A stretch of 64,000 nt of DNA from Nemertoderma westbladi (Eukaryota > Animalia > Xenacoelomorpha), in the NCBI GenBank assembly GCA_032718475.1, contig JAUCBJ010000807.1, forward strand, positions 1,703-65,702. The letters run 5' to 3'. Below the pieces are notes generated by a model, which saw nothing but the letters and a program-made list of their open reading frames with translations, was not told the DNA's origin and did not search any database. Position numbers and translations under genes: made by a program. Below are positions 61,461-64,000 of the stretch, one piece after another (the stretch's first letter is position 1; the number at the start of each line of letters is the position of its first letter).

Positions 61461-62766
61461 AGTTTATGCGATTATTCGCAACATTCAAGTCCCCAAGTTT
61501 GTTCCTACAGTAATTGTGTTTGTTATACATACCGCTATAGTTAAATTAACCTCGGTACTACACGGGCTGCTCGGCGTAGGTAAAGACTGGTGATTTTGTG
61601 CATCGGTCACTCCAGCAGATGCCGTGGTTCTTTTAGCTGTTCAAGTATATTTAATTACTGATTAACTGTTGTGCAAGTACTCGTACCTAATTTAGGGTTT
61701 AGTGTACAGTGCTTTCCGAGAAGTAATTATTGTAGACATTATATTTGTGTTGTAAAGTGGTTGATAGGCACATTCGATTAGCTCTATTAACTTCTAGGTA
61801 GGAACACTCCGTGATACATAACGTAGAACCTATAGCGATACGGCTATAGGTCGTCAGGCGGTGGCATTTTCCTATCTAGACAACGCAGTGTATTTACTAC
61901 TACTTATTATTTCAAATACCGTAGTACCCTGTCCGCTGTAATAACCGGTTTTCTAACCCTTTGTTAGGCTGGTTTGTAGAATTCTTGTAAAATTACCCTA
62001 AAAATTCGTATTTTGCGTTTTTGTAAAATTTTGTGTTTATTTAGAGATTGTAATCTCACCCGAATTGTACGTAATTTGTAGTATTAAGTAACTTAGGTAA
62101 ATTAGAATTATTTGTTTTAGTGTCTCATAAGTAACACTTCACTGAAAGCGCACCGCTTTGTGTAGTGATTACTCCCCAGAAATAATAACATTTATTTCAA
62201 ACATTGACAAAACCCATTAAAACGGGTATATATATATTATAAATCAAATCTAACGATTTATAAATCGTAGGCCTACAATACAAACATTAGGTCTCAATAT
62301 AAGTTGGACTACTGCTCAAATAACGGTAATAAAGTAAGTAAGTAACCAAGTAACCCTAAAGTTCAGAAATTCAGTTATTTTAAAATAATTGATATACCGG
62401 TATTTACGATAGGCCTATTATCTTTATTCCTATAAATCTAGGCTGAAATTATACCGGTACGTGTAATTAATTCTATTTCAGAATTATATATCCTACAGAC
62501 TGTAAGCTGTATACCGGTATTCCAGATAGGCCTATTATATATTTATATATATTTGTGCTAAAATTATACCGGTATTCGGTGATAAACCTAGTCTGTAATA
62601 ATAGTTATATATACTATAAGCATACCGGTATTCTAATATATTATATATATCACGCTACACTGAGTAGCAGTACCGGTGATTAATTACTAGGCTAGCAGTT
62701 AATACTGAGTTACTAGACTTGCTCAGACTGTAATACGGCAGTAGACATTCAACTGTACACATAAGC

Positions 62767-64000
62767 ATGTCTGACGCAAAGCAGAACCTGTCAGACAGTC
62801 TACTAGATACAACCGAGAGTGAAGTGACAGCAGAGAAACCGCATAAGAGGGATGCCATTGACATCTATCTGTCAGACTATCAGCGTTTTTTGGGAGATGA
62901 AGAGTTGAGGAGAAGGCTAGAGGGACTTAGCCCTAATAGCGAAGGAGCCAAACTCGTGTTAGATGCGATTGATGTGGATAGGTTAGCGGCGAACCAAGCT
63001 AAATTCGATGAACAACTCCGCATCGCTAGAGAACAAGAAGAACAAGTAAAGAAAAAACGTATAGAAGACAGAAAGATAGCAGCAGTGGCAGAGGCGGAAA
63101 GAAAAGCGACCTTGGCAGAAGCAGCGGCAGAGGCAAAAGCGGCAGCAGCAGAAGCAGAGGCAAAGGCAACAAAAGCAGCAGCAGAAGCAAAGGCAGAGGC
63201 AAAAGCGGCAGCGGCAGAGGTAAAAGCGGCAGCGGTGGCGGAAGCAGAACGGAGAGCATCTGAAGAGGCAACCCAACTAGAGTTGGAAAATCTTCAAGAG
63301 AGGCAAGACAACTTCAATAAACAGTTAACAGCTAGTAATATGCAGATGATGAGTCGATCTACTCCCAAAAGACAGGGATATACATCATCGGAGGAAGGCG
63401 ATACCACCGATACTGAAGGCAAAGGAAATAGATCTCGTCTAAGCAGACGTAAAAGAACATTCCACCGTCAGAAATTGCCTGATTTGCCTCCAGCTGTTAG
63501 AAGGCAGCTAAATAACACCAACTTAGGTAGTACAGAGCCCACAGACCAAATAATTACAATAGAAAGACTCCCTACTATAGTGGATGAGCCTGAAATAAGT
63601 AGGCCTGTTCTTGAAATCACCCCTTCGGTAATAGATACACCTGTCCTCCCTGAAGCTACCTATAAATTCCCTCTGCATAGCACTAAGCTACCTGTGCCCC
63701 GTATAACTGCCCAGGAGACAGTTCAGGTCCCGGACCCCGAGCGAAATATTCCAAATTTGTCGCCCGTTGTCCCTCGTCTGCCCGCTACGACGTTGGCGGA
63801 TCCCGTTTCGGCGGTTGATTGGGTAGACGAGAGACGGCGGGGGATGGATATTCTCCTCGGAGAGATGAAGGAGAATCGGAGACTCTCCTCCCAACAGGTC
63901 CGAGAGTTGGAAGGGACTGTCCAACATTTAAAGGGAACAGTGAGGGAAAGTAAGTTAGAGTTGCAAGAAGTGCAACAAAGTATCGCGTTAGAACGTGATA
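62767..64000 (+). CDS. Gag N-terminus of element 3 (open to the window end, missing from the ORF track)
   Basis: MSDAKQNLSDSLLDTTESEVTAEKPHKRDAIDIYLSDYQRFLGDEELRRR...QSIALERD, 411 codons with no stop. Confidence 0.9.
   Translation, partial: MSDAKQNLSDSLLDTTESEVTAEKPHKRDAIDIYLSDYQRFLGDEELRRRLEGLSPNSEGAKLVLDAIDVDRLAANQAKFDEQLRIAREQEEQVKKKRIEDRKIAAVAEAERKATLAEAAAEAKAAAAEAEAKATKAAAEAKAEAKAAAAEVKAAAVAEAERRASEEATQLELENLQERQDNFNKQLTASNMQMMSRSTPKRQGYTSSEEGDTTDTEGKGNRSRLSRRKRTFHRQKLPDLPPAVRRQLNNTNLGSTEPTDQIITIERLPTIVDEPEISRPVLEITPSVIDTPVLPEATYKFPLHSTKLPVPRITAQETVQVPDPERNIPNLSPVVPRLPATTLADPVSAVDWVDERRRGMDILLGEMKENRRLSSQQVRELEGTVQHLKGTVRESKLELQEVQQSIALERD

Larger units (their letters stand above)
59389..64000 (+). 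mobile_element. BEL/Pao element 3, a diverged sister of element 1 in the opposite orientation, running off the window
   Basis: Starts tgtaaaagcttt; ~59480-60622 is the inverse of 31846-33000 and 61740-62770 is the inverse of 46120-47180. Confidence 0.9.

Noticed and set aside
62983-63276. Cys-rich and Leu/Pro-rich minus-strand ORFs
   Set aside because: They are antisense shadows of the Ala/Glu/Lys gag repeat.

Overview
AT-rich eukaryotic (animal-like) genomic DNA made mostly of nested retroelements and repeats. There are no prokaryotic operons and no CRISPR array. From left to right: a triple-CCHC ORF end; a minus-strand signal-peptide exon; a ~3 kb-arm inverted repeat (3553-8131 / 16394-19440) with an RTE LINE in the left arm and a near full-length CR1-type LINE in the spacer; RTE-X-like LINE remnants; two Penelope-type minimal hammerhead ribozymes; a BEL/Pao remnant running into a 3.4 kb 18-bp satellite with a fold-back junction; an LDL-receptor class A repeat exon; and three BEL/Pao LTR retrotransposons, one holding a tRNA/Nin-domain SINE. 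The best candidates for novelty are (i) a WRN/Mut-7-like DEDDy 3'-5' exonuclease ORF in the env position of a BEL/Pao element, with other accessory ORFs in similar positions, and (ii) a CR1 LINE whose ORF1 and ORF2 are in frame and separated by a single UGA-CUA readthrough-type stop followed by a 13-aa repeat linker. Family assignments come from motif recognition by eye. No database searches were run, and boundaries marked ~ are approximate.
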